This document shows, in pieces, positions 38,125 through 49,945 of a stretch of 64,000 nt of DNA; the stretch's first letter is position 1; each line of letters opens with the position of its first letter. Source of the DNA: Chiloscyllium plagiosum (lineage: Eukaryota); contig NC_057749.1 in assembly GCF_004010195.1 (NCBI RefSeq), positions 14,295,142-14,359,141 of the forward strand, in the 5' to 3' direction. The translations under genes were made by a program, and so were the position numbers. The notes below the pieces were generated by a model. The model was not told the origin of the DNA and made no database searches. It was given only the letters and a program-made list of their open reading frames with translations.

Positions 38125-39299
38125 TGTTGTGACAAAACGTGATTTTGAAATAAAGGCAGATGGATGCAAGTCAGTTCAGAATCAGAATCCCGACAGTGTT
38201 GGAACAGGCCCTTCAGCCCAACAAGTCCTCACTGAACATCCAAAGAGTAACCCACCTAAACCCATTCCCCTACCCTATTACTCTGCATTTACTCCTATAT
38301 GATGCATCTAACCTACACATCCCTGGTTCTGTGAGGTATCTTTCTTTTAAACAGATTAGACATTCACTTGAAAGAGTTACCCAAGTGTGTCAATTCTAAG
38401 AAAGCATGTGACTGCACTCAAGTGCCTGGCAGAACTGCTGTCATGTTGATAGATGGAATATTTCTTTAGCTGGAGTTTACAATAGAGCATAAATCATTAC
38501 TTTAGAACTGAAGATTTAAGATCCCAGTCCAGAAATTCCAGGAGTCAGTTAAGGAAAGAGAATGGTAGGAGAATCAAGCTTTTAGTTCAGGAGAACTAGT
38601 CCGGCTAGCCAAGAGTTTTAGCTTATGGAGCTTCAAAGCCAAGACAGTTTGCATATAAATCTTCAAGTTGTTAGAATAGAAAAAGATTGGACCAACAGAA
38701 TCATGAAAGATTTATTCCAATGGACTTGGAAAGGAATTAAAACTGTCTCCACAGTTTAAGGCAAGAAACTACAAGAAGCTGGTTAATAGTGTTGAGATAG
38801 GAGTGATATCTTTCTGGAATTGAATATCTGTAAAAGAACAGTGTTGGGTAATAGATTGAAACTCTGCTGCTTGTACCAAGGTTTATAGCTATCTCAGATA
38901 CATAGTTTTATTTTCCTTTGTGCAATAAAATTATGTTCTATTGTTAAAGAATATGGGTTTCCTCCAGGTGCTCCGGTTTCCTCCCACAGTCCAAAGATGT
39001 GCAGGTCAGGTGAATTGGCCATGCTAACTTGCCCGTAGTGTTAGGTAAGGGGTAAATGTAGGGGTATGAGTGGGTTGTGCTTCGGCAGGTCGGTGTGGAC
39101 TTGTTGGGCCGAAAGGCCGGTTTCCACACTGTAATGAAATGTAATGTAATCTAATCTAATATCTGCAGCCATGTTTGAATATGTTTCAGTGACTAATCAC
39201 CATAATAGCCAACTGCAAAAATTAAAATTATGACCTAACAAGCCGGGTTTCCTTCTGGGATATGACTTTGCAATATTATCATCAGCTGGAATCACCACA
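38125..39299 (+). mobile_element. Probable LTR-like repeat carrying two partial HE1 SINEs (38177-38325 minus, 38954-39160 plus)
   Basis: Starts TGTTGTGA, ends TCACCACA, AATAAA at about 38924; 3' end shared with 16910-16977. No clean TSD seen. Confidence 0.45.
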
Positions 39300-39309
39300 G
39301 TGTCCAACA

Positions 39310-40157
39310 GGACAAAACCTAAGTCAGTAGTGATATTCACGAGAAATGCCTTCCCAAATAAGCAATTATTTATGTTCACAATGAAGGATGAATAGATAAA
39401 GGTTGCTTGAAGATGTGGCTGAGGGAAATTTGGAGTATCTGAACAGGAAGATCACTTAAGAAAAAGTCTTCTCATCCAGATGCTACTGAAGTTAGACTGC
39501 AAAATAGTGATATTCCCAATGGTCCCAGGTAGTCAAATCAGCTCTGTTCATTCAACCACTGGCTGTCTCTCTGAACAAGTCCTTCAAGGACAACATGAGA
39601 AAAATATGGAATGACCAGATGATCAGAGGAGAGAAGACATTTACTAAGGGAGATAAGTTATATGCTTCAACATGAGCAATCCTGTATTAGTGGGTTGTAG
39701 AGGCCTGGCAATATAACACAACAAAGACAAAGACAGTCATCAAATAATTAATGAAATATGGGGTATTCAATGTTATTTGGTGTCACAGATACTTAGTTGA
39801 GGAATGATGTGACTGATGATAACGTGAATGCTAATGATGATATTAATGATACATATGATGCTGCTGTTCAAGAAGCAGGTTAGGATGAGTTATTTGGTTC
39901 TGAAGAAAAGGAAGAAAGTGGTTTTCATCGATTTTAAAACAGGGTCAGTGCAATTCTGCTACCAAGTAGTAAACTTTTCTGCATGATGAAAATGCAGAGC
40001 TACATTTAATAAAGTTTTATAACTGCCTCTTGTTTTTGATGATTTTATAAAACTGACCTAGTATACAGAAATTCATGTCTTTTTCAAAGAAGATTTTTTA
40101 TTTATACAAATTTAACAAACATGCTTGGCTCAGTTTATTGGCAGTCTTTAATATGGC
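39310..40157 (+). mobile_element. pogo/Tigger-family DNA transposon fossil (DDE transposase)
   Basis: From 39550 reads IQPLAVSLNKSFKDNMRKIWNDQMIRGEKTFTKG (cf. QPLDV..NKPFK); upstream MWLREIW; acidic tail ending DELFGSEEKEESGFHRF*. Confidence 0.75.
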
Positions 40158-40174
40158 AGCTGTGTATGGAGAGT

Positions 40175-40418
40175 TGAGAGTGTGGTGCTGGAAAAGCACA
40201 GCAGGTCAAGCAGCATCGAGGAGCAGGACAGTCAACGTTTCGGACAAAAGCTCTTCATCAAAAATCCAACAGTTGCTTCCAAATATACCTGTTGGACTAT
40301 AACCTGGTGTTTGCCCAAAATGTCGACTCTTCTGCTCCTCGGATGCTGCTCGACCTGCTGTGCTTTTCCAGCACCACACTCTCGACTCTAATCTCCGCCA
40401 TCTGCAGTCCTCACTTTT
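40175..40418. mobile_element. Variant A palindrome with a variant B fragment at its centre
   Basis: Inverted arms; 40280-40310 matches 47051-47081; imperfect 16 bp TSD at 40159-40174 and 40419-40434. Confidence 0.8.
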
Positions 40419-40810
40419 GCTGTGGAAGGAGAGTCAGAGACTGCAAGAGATAGGGGTGAAGTCAGCGAAGCTAAGGGAACTGGAAAAAGAAATTGGCAAG
40501 GGTAGATTTCAACTTACCCAAAAATATTGTTTGTATAAAAGGTTGATCCCCTACTTTGTGGCTGAATGTTTAGAGCTTGAAATTCAATTTTTATATGATA
40601 ACATGTGGCATGCACATGATTCTGCAAAAAAAAAAGTAGGCTTCTGGCAATGATTTGCATACATCACATTTGAACATTGACAAAGAACTATTTGCTTTCT
40701 GATGAGATATCAAGAAGAAAATGCAAGGTGGCTCATAACCCCTCATTAACTACAGACTGGCACAGACGGATAAATGACTGACTGCTGATATGGGACGTGG
40801 ATTTGCATTT

Positions 40811-40917
40811 TCATACTGTTTCTTTTCTATTTTCTTTTTCCATTTCATTTACCTTCACAGACATCGCTCCTGTCTCTTGCAGTGTCTGTCTCTCCTTACT
40901 CGGAGGCAATTGCCCTC
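40811..40917 (-). CDS. Candidate coding exon (xGQLPPSKERQTLQETGAMSVKVNEMEKENRKETV*)
   Basis: ctag acceptor, phase-1 frame open to TGA, internal AAG|GTAAAT donor option; in frame with 41659-41724. Confidence 0.3.
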
Positions 40918-41658
40918 CTAGCTCAGAGAGATCGCCAATGGAAAAAACTGTTTAGCCCCATACTAATTAGTTAGAACAGTTTTGACCGTTATTTAGGTTG
41001 TGAGTAATCACAAGTATAGGTTTAAAGACATTGAACAGCAAGGATGTTACTGAATAAATTGTGAGGGAGAAGAAGATGGTTAGAGCTGAGAATGTATTTG
41101 AAATGACCTACTACATAACTGTACAAATAAAGAAGTTATATATTGAGATTACGTCAGCATTTCAGGAAAAAAAAGGAATTTTACTTGTAACACTTCACAA
41201 TGTAACATCCACTGTCCACTCTTGTCCTGCTTCAAATCAGAAGATAATACAATGTAAAATCAAGTCATTTTTCAGTTTAACTGAAAACTGGAAATGGAGG
41301 TTTGCACAACCATGTTACAGTCACTTGAAGTAAATGCAAGTCTGGTATGATCAAGGGCTATATTCACCTTCACAACTAAATAGGTTTACATACTCTGCCC
41401 CTGTGGTTTCAATTTCACAGACAATGATTAGCAATGAACAAATTAGGATTTCAACATAGCTTCGAACAATCTGACAGACAAATATATTACAAATGGGATA
41501 ATCATTCAACATTTTTAAAGATAATTTTTAATTAAAAATAATAATGTCCATTCACTATTACTTTCAACAGATGATCTGTATTCTACGAAATTGCCCATTA
41601 ATTGTACAGTCATTCTTTCTTTTCATGGCAAGTCAAAATCTACAATAATGAAAACTAC

Positions 41659-41724
41659 CTTCAACTTTGTTGTGATAATGATCACTGATACCATCTGTAA
41701 TTGCAACTGCTTGGGGAGAACTTG
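41659..41724 (-). CDS. Candidate 66-nt exon (xSSPQAVAITDGISDHYHNKVE)
   Basis: ctgttcttctgcatgctatag acceptor, AAG|GTAGTT donor, frame-preserving. Confidence 0.3.
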
Positions 41725-42704
41725 CTATAGCATGCAGAAGAACAGCAAATTTAAACTCCAATAAGCTTGAATTTATTAAGTTTTGAAGAAATGTAAGAAC
41801 ATTTTTACAATTTTAGCTGACATTTATCATTTGCTTCTACTACGAATTCTCTTGTACAAAAATACAAGAAAGCATGTGTTAAATTTGAAAGACTTCAGTA
41901 TGTCTAGAAATTTTGAAATGTATCAAATTCATTCCATTTTCAGGACGGCAGCATATGAATGATACTGGGCTTAGATTGCTGGCTTATTCATGACGCAAAG
42001 CTAGTGATCACACAATTCTCAAATTCTACACTGATAATTTTTTAAAAACACAAACTTACTTTTATGGCAATCTGACAATGTAAAGAGTGTTTTAACTTCT
42101 ACTTTAAAAGGTTCCCACATCAATACAGTGACAAACTTAAAATTAATTTGTGTTATACTGACTCACCCACTCATTGTACATTGCTGTATCAAGCTTCTTT
42201 TGAGCAGGTGGGTTCTTTTACAGACATTAATAATTTACCATCCATTATTGTCACTCAATAGACTTGAGAACAGCATGGCTGCAAATCCCATACCAAGATA
42301 TCAACTTCCTAATGGTACAATAACTGTCTTTTTGCTGGACTAACGCATAGCATTCATTTGATTCAAAGGTTACCCATTGTGAACATCCTTATAGAAATTG
42401 GATTTACGATGCTCGAAAAGCAATATTGACTATTTTCAAATGCAACTAACAAACATGTTTGGGCATCTACATCTACCATGCATAATTTTACAATTAGATC
42501 AAAAGAACTAATTTGTTTGTTTCCTTAACATTCAACAGTCTAGCAGATTAAGGATGCAATTGCGAACTGTTCTGATTTTAAAATGCTGTATTAAAATAAT
42601 GAGCCTAGTCTGTACAGCAGCAAAACTGGTTGGACAAATTTGGTACCTTTAAAAGGAACAAGCAAGCCTTCTGAAAGCCCTACCTGCAGCTTTCTTTTCT
42701 GGAG

Positions 42705-42795
42705 ACTGGAACATTGGAACAAAGGAACAGGAGTAGGCCATTCAGCCTCTCGAATGTGTTCTGCCATTCAATGAGATCATGGCTGATCTGAGGCG
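42705..42795 (-). mobile_element. CR1 extreme 3' tail
   Basis: GGAACAGGAGTAGGCCATTCAGCC...ATCATGGCTGATCTG. Confidence 0.75.
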
Positions 42796-43994
42796 TAAGA
42801 GCCCCAAATACACTTCGAATAAATAAAGAAAATACAGAAATGCTCTCCCAGCAATGTAATGCAACATCCAAGAGAGTAGAATATCCAAAATGCTGAGCTA
42901 ACAGATGAATAGTTTTTCCCAAGTTATATTTGATACACGTGACCAAATATATTGAGACAGATATTGGCAACTATTATTCTGTATGATATCATAATTTTCT
43001 ACTCAGGTTATAATGTGACGCTTGAACAATAAATTCCGAATCTTGGAGCATTACAACTTTGATTTTGATTTTAGTTTTTAATAATGCTTTCAACAGAACT
43101 GTCCAAAGAGCTTTAAGATTTCTATACAAAAATTGTAAAATCTGCAAGCTTTTAAATAAAGAGGACTCACGCACAGATCATTCATATATCTAATCCTGTT
43201 TTAAAAACACCAGTTATTAAATATACTTACATTTATTTATAATTGAAGGATCTTCACTATACAGTTAGTAAATGAGCAGCAATTGATGCAATCATGTTAC
43301 AAAACCAACATCTTTAGTAGGACACCCATGGGACCATGCTGTATTCCCATTAAAGAGACAAGGTGGGAACTTTGAACCAATAAATCCAAACTGCTCCTCT
43401 ATGCAGTTGAACAGGAAGTATTGATTTTGAAGTAATAAATCTGATGGGATGACAATTGGCAAGAATATTACTGGGCCTGGTGGTTAAACCTCATGCAAAA
43501 AAAAAATCAGTACCACTTTATAGAGGGTGTTATTTTCTGCCACCAAGATTACTCATGAAATTTCTACAAGCAGAAAGAGAATCACTTAGGAAGTATGAAA
43601 GCAACTTTAAAATTTCAATATGACCTGTCCAAACTGGGAACACATTGCAAAAAAAGATTCTTTTCCAGGGCTGCATGTAGGAAGAGCCAGCATATTACTG
43701 CAACCAACTATCAACATTTGCATTTCAGTCAGATCTAATTCCGGATTGATTAGCATGAAGACTAAACTTTGGTATAAGTGAACTGACCCACTGCAAATTG
43801 AACATGGACTATCCCTGCCATCACAACGACTTTAGGCATGAATGGACAACTGCCATTTTCAATCTGCCCATAACATTGGGCCACATATCATCCAAAAGTT
43901 CCCTTCAAACAGCAACCCAGCAAAACAATGAAGGAATAATTGTCAGCAATAATTGTTAAAATTACATAATGGCACTTTTCATCATTTTTTAATA

Positions 43995-44830
43995 TTCACT
44001 CACGATGGCCAGTATTTATTGCCCATTCCTAACTGACCTTGAGAAATGATGGTGCATTGCCTCCATGAACTGCTGCAGTTCATGTGCTGCATGTAGTCTC
44101 CAAATGCCCATTAGGGAAGGAATTCCAGGATTTTGACCTAGTGACAGTGAAGGAACAGTGAAATATTTCCAAGTCGGGATGGTGAGTGACTCAGGAGAAT
44201 TTGAAGGTGGTGGTGTTCCCATGCATCTGCTGCCCACATCCTTCCAACTGGAAATAGTCATGGGTTTGGAAGGTACTGTCCAAGAATCTTTGGTGAATCT
44301 ATGCAATGCTACTTGTAAATAGTAGACTGATGGTAGACTGAGCATCTGTGGTGGAGAGAATGAATATGGGTGGATGTTGAGCAAATCAAACAAGTTGCTT
44401 TGTCCTGGATGGTTTCAAGCTTGAGTATTGTTGAAGCTGCATCCAGGTAATTGTGGAGCATTCAATTACACTCCTGACTTTGAAGTTATTCACCACAGTA
44501 TTACAAGCCTCTGACTCTGCACTTGTAGCCATTATCTTTATATGATGAGTTCAGTTCAGTTTCTAGTCAATGGTAACCCCTAGGATGTTGATAACAAGGG
44601 ATTCAGTGATAGCAACACATTGAATATCAAGGGGTAGTGGTTATATTGTCTCTTATTGGAGATGGTCAATGCCGGTCATTTGTATGATCAGAATGTTACT
44701 TGCCAATTGTCATCCCAAGCCTGGATACTGTCCAAGTCTTAGTCCATTTTTAAATGCAACATTTCAGTGTCTGAGAGATGGTTCTGAACATTGTGCTATC
44801 ATTGGCGAACACCCTTACTTCTGACCTTGA
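43995..44830 (-). mobile_element. CR1/L2-group LINE 3' portion
   Basis: IPTWKYFTVPSLSLGQNPGIPS-type C-terminal remnant; collinear with 20910-21512. Confidence 0.8.
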
Positions 44831-46121
44831 TATATCAATGAATCAATAGAAATTAATCTATTCATATGGCTGCTGTAAAATCCAGCTAATTTAAAAAAAA
44901 ATATGAGCAAGTACCAATTTCAAACAAAAAAGCTACTGGCTGATATGTCCTGAATACACAGCACCCTTCATTTACTTGGGCCTGGTCCTCTACTTTGAAA
45001 ATCTCCCTGTAGCAAGAAATTCTAGTCACTGTGGCTCCAACAAAAGAAAATACCAAAGTAATACTTAACACTCCTCACTGGTGCTCATGTCTGACATTCC
45101 AACTTGTAGCAGCGTGATCCAAAATCATACGTTGCATACCAGAAGTACCACTAAAATGTTTAAACACAGTAAGTTGCACTTACATTATGATGTGAGTTCA
45201 GCTCATGTTGGTGCTGGCAATGGCCTGCTTAGAAACCAGAAGCTGCCCCACTACAGCCACACCTACGGTGTATTAAAGCAGTTCAATGGTTCCTTGTCCA
45301 AGTGGCAGTCCATTTAAAACAATCCTAAACAGTAGGCATCAGCATACTTGTTGACTACTGATATATCCTCTCAGGAAACTCTACATAAACTATGAATCAA
45401 ACTGACAAAATTCTTAGTATATGTCTTGTACTGCTGACACAGTACTATTTGACCAATGGTCTTGGGAACTAAAAATCATGTTAATTGAGCAATGCCCCAA
45501 CTCCTGTCCAAAGCATAGCTATGGGCAATATCAGGTACAGAGGCAATGAAGACAAATGCAACAAAGAAAAACGTTATCAGTGTTTTAATTTGATATCAGT
45601 CTATTCAACAAAGCATATTTCCAGCTCCTCGGGAATATTATTTAATTGTTTTGACTAGATTTACATCCAAATCCACAAGATAAATTATCAGTATTTAACC
45701 CATTTCTGTTCTCCATACACAGCAACAATGACCCCTTTGTAAATCAATAACTGGACAATTTTGAAGCTATGCATCACAACTAGCAGTTTTTCACAGTATT
45801 CATGGGGTGGCAGCTACAATTTTTCACAGCTTACGAAACCAGAATATAAAGTAAAAACTCAAAAATGGATGAAAAAGGTTGTGTGGATAAAATGAAAGAT
45901 GAACTGCTCTGCTCATTTAAACAAAGAGATACCAGGTTCTACATTAAATATAACAAACATTGGCATCTGACAAATGTAAATAGATATCACAGTATCATCA
46001 AATTGGCAATTAATCATTTCATTTTGTGTAACCACACACTTGCTTCAGGGGAGCTATCTTCTGGACCTTCTCACAAAGATAAACGATCGAACCTTTCACA
46101 ATATTTTTAATATATGTAGCG

Positions 46122-46345
46122 TTACAGTCATATGGCACTGAAACAGACCCTTCTGTATTCACCTCCACCATGTCCTCTGGCAGCTCATTCCATACAGGCA
46201 CCATCCCTCTGTGTGAAAAAGTTGCCCTTCAGGTCCTTTTTAAATCTTTCCTCTCTCGGCTTAAACCGATGCCCTCTAGTTTTGGACTCTGTTATCCCAG
46301 GAAAAAGACCTTGGCCATTCACCCTATCCATGCCCCTCATGATTA
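46122..46345 (-). mobile_element. CR1 3' fragment
   Basis: MRGMDRVN..LFP...ESKTRGHRFK...FKKDLKGNFFTQR. Confidence 0.85.
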
Positions 46346-46924
46346 TTCTGCATTTTTTGTTCTTTGATCTTATATTGGCATACTTCACAGGAATAATAGC
46401 AAAGAGATTTTCAAGATAGGTCAACTATTGAAATCTTTTTCACTTGCCCCTTTAGTGAAGTTCTTATGTACATGAAATTATATATTTCATGAAGTGTAAT
46501 TATTTGAATTAATTTTAATCTCTTCTTTCTCAAATTATAAATGGAGTGAAAAATCTATAGAGGAACCTTAATGTTAAGAGATCAGAAAGAACAACCTTTT
46601 ATTAGCTATGTATGATGGTATAACTTTGTTCCTTTGCTTGAAATCTTGCCTTATTAACATCATCCCTCTTAAAAGGTCAGCAAGCACCCCAATCCTAATC
46701 TTTTGCCCATTCCCTCCAAGCTAATGCATTTTTAAAAAAAGTAATTGCAAATTATTTTCACATCATGAAGTTATACTTGAGACTTTAATGACCACATACT
46801 GGTCTGCCATCTAAAATTAACATGACTAAGTATGTAACTTAGTATAATTTAAATATGAACTATGGCTGTCATTTTCTGATTGATATCATCAGTATGAAAA
46901 AATGATGTTCAACTTGAGTAAGTT

Positions 46925-47132
46925 CAAAAGTCACACAACGCCAGGTTGTAGTCCAACAGGTTTATTTGAAGTCACAAGCCTTCGGAGCACAGCCCCTTCA
47001 TCAGATGAAGTCACCTCATGAAGGGGCAGCACTCCAAAAGCTTGTGATTTCAAATATACCTGTTGGACTATAACCTGGTGTTGTGTGACTTCTGACTTTG
47101 TGCACCCCAGTCCAACACTGGCACCTCCACAA
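46925..47132. mobile_element. Variant B palindromic element with two decayed head-to-head hammerheads
   Basis: About 80 bp inverted arms. Centre reads TCAC-CTCATGA-AGGGGCAGCACTCC-AAAA-GCTT-GTGA on plus and TCAT-CTGATGA-AGGGGCTGTGCTCC-GAAG-GCTT-GTGA on minus. Confidence 0.75.
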
Positions 47133-47996
47133 CTGGGGTAGTTAATTTATCAGCCTTCCTATTAAGTAAAATTAATTTGCATGACAACTTTCGAGTCACT
47201 AAAGGAAGCACATTTTACAAATAGCCTAAATGACAAAATATATCTAATTAGCATTACAATTTATAGCACCCAAGTTATGTTAAGCAAAACTTAAATAAAG
47301 TGCATTTATTATGAAGGGACTCATGTCTTCTTGTTCCGATTCAAACCTCAAGTCATTGACAATACAATTAGTGTGGTGTAAACTCACTTTGCATCTTAAT
47401 AACTGCAAAAAAAGTCTTAATTCTCATTTGTCATGTCACCAGTGTTATATCATGCATTGGCATGGTTCACAACACTTAGTTTTTGACAGCACACTCCCCC
47501 GTCCTAATTAAAGACATGATGTACTTAATGTGTAATGCTCAATTCTGAATTACTCTCAGTAGAACTGCCACAGACCAACATGTAACCACCAGTACTTCAA
47601 CAGCAACACCACTGGTAGGGGCAAGCTAATCACAGTGCCAACTTAACATAAACTGTCTCTATTATGAATGAGGAAACATAAGGACTGAATACATATTTTT
47701 AAAATGCGACTTTTCTTTCTGTACATTTTGGTCTAGTTACTTCCTTTCTCTAAATCTTCTTTCATCTGAGAACTGCACTTGTCTCGACTCTTTGTGCAAC
47801 ACAAAAAGAGATCAACTCATCTCTCCATTCACTCTATTGCAGACATGTACAAAAATAATGGCATAGAGGAATAGAAAGAAAATAGAAGGAAAAACAGACT
47901 TAAGATGTAAAGACGAGGACAAGGCACCTCAGAGTCACACAATGACAGTAAAAATGAGTGAACGAGAAATAAGAAGTGGACAGATAGAGACGGCGG

Positions 47997-49945
47997 CAAG
48001 CTTTTTCAAAATTGTTGGAGTTGCATTCATTCAGGCAAGCGGGCAGTATTCCATTACAATCCTGACTTGTGCCTTGTAGACAGTGGAATTCAGCTATGAC
48101 GACAAAGGGCAATGGTTAGATTCTTTATTGGAAATGGTGAATGCCTGGCACTTGTGTGCCACGGACTTGCACTTGTCAGCCAAAACATAGAATCATAGAA
48201 TCCCTACAATGTGGAAACAGGCCCTTCGGCCCAACAAGTCCACACCAACCCTCTGAAGAGTAACCCACCCAGACCCATTCCCCCTATTATCCTAAAATTA
48301 TCCCCTGATCAAAGCATCTAACCTGAACACTATGGGCAATTTAGCATGACCAATTCACCATGGATTGTGGGAGGAAACTGGAGCACCTGGAGGAAACCCA
48401 AGCAGACACAGGGAGAATGTGCAAACTCCACACAGACAGGTGCCCGAGTCTAGAATTGAAGCCAGATCCCTGGCGCTGTGAATGCTGACCACTGAGCTAC
48501 CGAGCCGCCCACCAACATGGTTGTTGTCCAAGTCGTTTGCATGTGGGCCACTGCTGTATTAGAGGAGTCATGAATGTGTTGAACATTATGCAATCATCAG
48601 TTAAGACCCCCACTTCTGACCTTATGATGGAGGAAAATCAGTAATGAAATAGCTGAAAATGATTGGACAAGGACACTACCCTGAGGAACTCCTCAGTTCC
48701 AGGACATCTCTACCAATGATTGAGCCTTTGATGCCACACACCTTGGTTAATGTGGCCTTGATGTCAAGAACAGTCATTCTTACCTCACTTTTAGAATTCA
48801 GCTCTTTTGTCCATGTTTGAACCAAGGTTGTAGAGGGATCAGGAGCTGAATGTCCCTGGCAGAATCCAAACTGAGCGTAGGTGAGCAGACGATTACTAAA
48901 CAAGTGCTGTCTGCTAGCACTATTGATGACATCTTCCACCAAATTACTGATGATCGAGAATATACTGATGAGGCGATAATTGGCTAAATAGGATTTATCC
49001 TGCTTTTTGTGTACAGGATATACTGGGCAATTTTCCACACGAGAGGGTAGATACTAGCATTGTGGCTGTCCTGGAACAGCTTAGCTAGGGGCACAGGAAG
49101 TTCTGGAACACAAATCTTCAGCACTATTTAAGTGCTATCAAGGATCAAAGCCTTTGCAGTTCCCATTTTAATCAATCATTTCTTTATGCCATCTGGAGTG
49201 AAACAAATTGGTTGAAGACTGGCATCTCTGATGTTAGGGATGTCTGGAGAAGGCCGAGATGGATCATACACTTGGCATTTCTGGCTGAACATTGTTGCTA
49301 ATGCTGAACCCTCTTGTTGGTTCCCTCACCAACAGCCACAGACATAGTCCAGCAATTCTGTCCTTTATGACTCAACTGGCTGAGTCAGTTTTGGTGCTGT
49401 TAAGCTACTTTTGAAGATGGATGTTGAAGTCTCCCAGCTAGAGCTCATTCTGCACCCTTGCCACCCTCACTGCTTACTCCAAATGGCATGAAACATGAAG
49501 GAATACAGATTCATCAGCTGGGGCCAGGAGTTATGTGGTAATCAGGAAATTTCTTTGCCCATGTTTGACCTGATCCCATGAGTCTTCATAGTATCCGAAG
49601 TTAATATTGAGGACATACACAGCAACTCCCTCCAAGCTGTATATCCCTATGCCATGACCTTTGCTGGGTCTAACCTGCTGTTAGGAGAGGACATATCAAG
49701 GGATGCTGGTGTTATCTGTGGTTTGACTAGTTTGCAAGACAGCTCTTCCCATTTTGGCACCCGCCCACAGATGCAAGGAAGGAGGACTTTGCAAGGGTTG
49801 GCCGGGTTGGTCAGTGTCACTTCTGGTACCCTGTACAATGCAAAGTTTCTTTCCTTTCTTGAAACTTTCGAACGATTGATACAATGGAGTGGCTTCCTAG
49901 GCCATTTGAGAAGACAATTAGGGGTGAAGCACATTGCTATGGGAA
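47997..49945 (-). mobile_element. CR1/L2-group LINE ORF2 remnant
   Basis: PVHKKQDKS..ANYR.IS..SIIS, AQFGF.QGHS, LDIKA (RT N-terminal motifs) at 48676-49038. Confidence 0.85.
48187..48511 (-). mobile_element. HE1-type V-SINE inserted in the LINE
   Basis: (ATAGAATC)n tail, V-domain, tRNA-like head. Confidence 0.88.
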
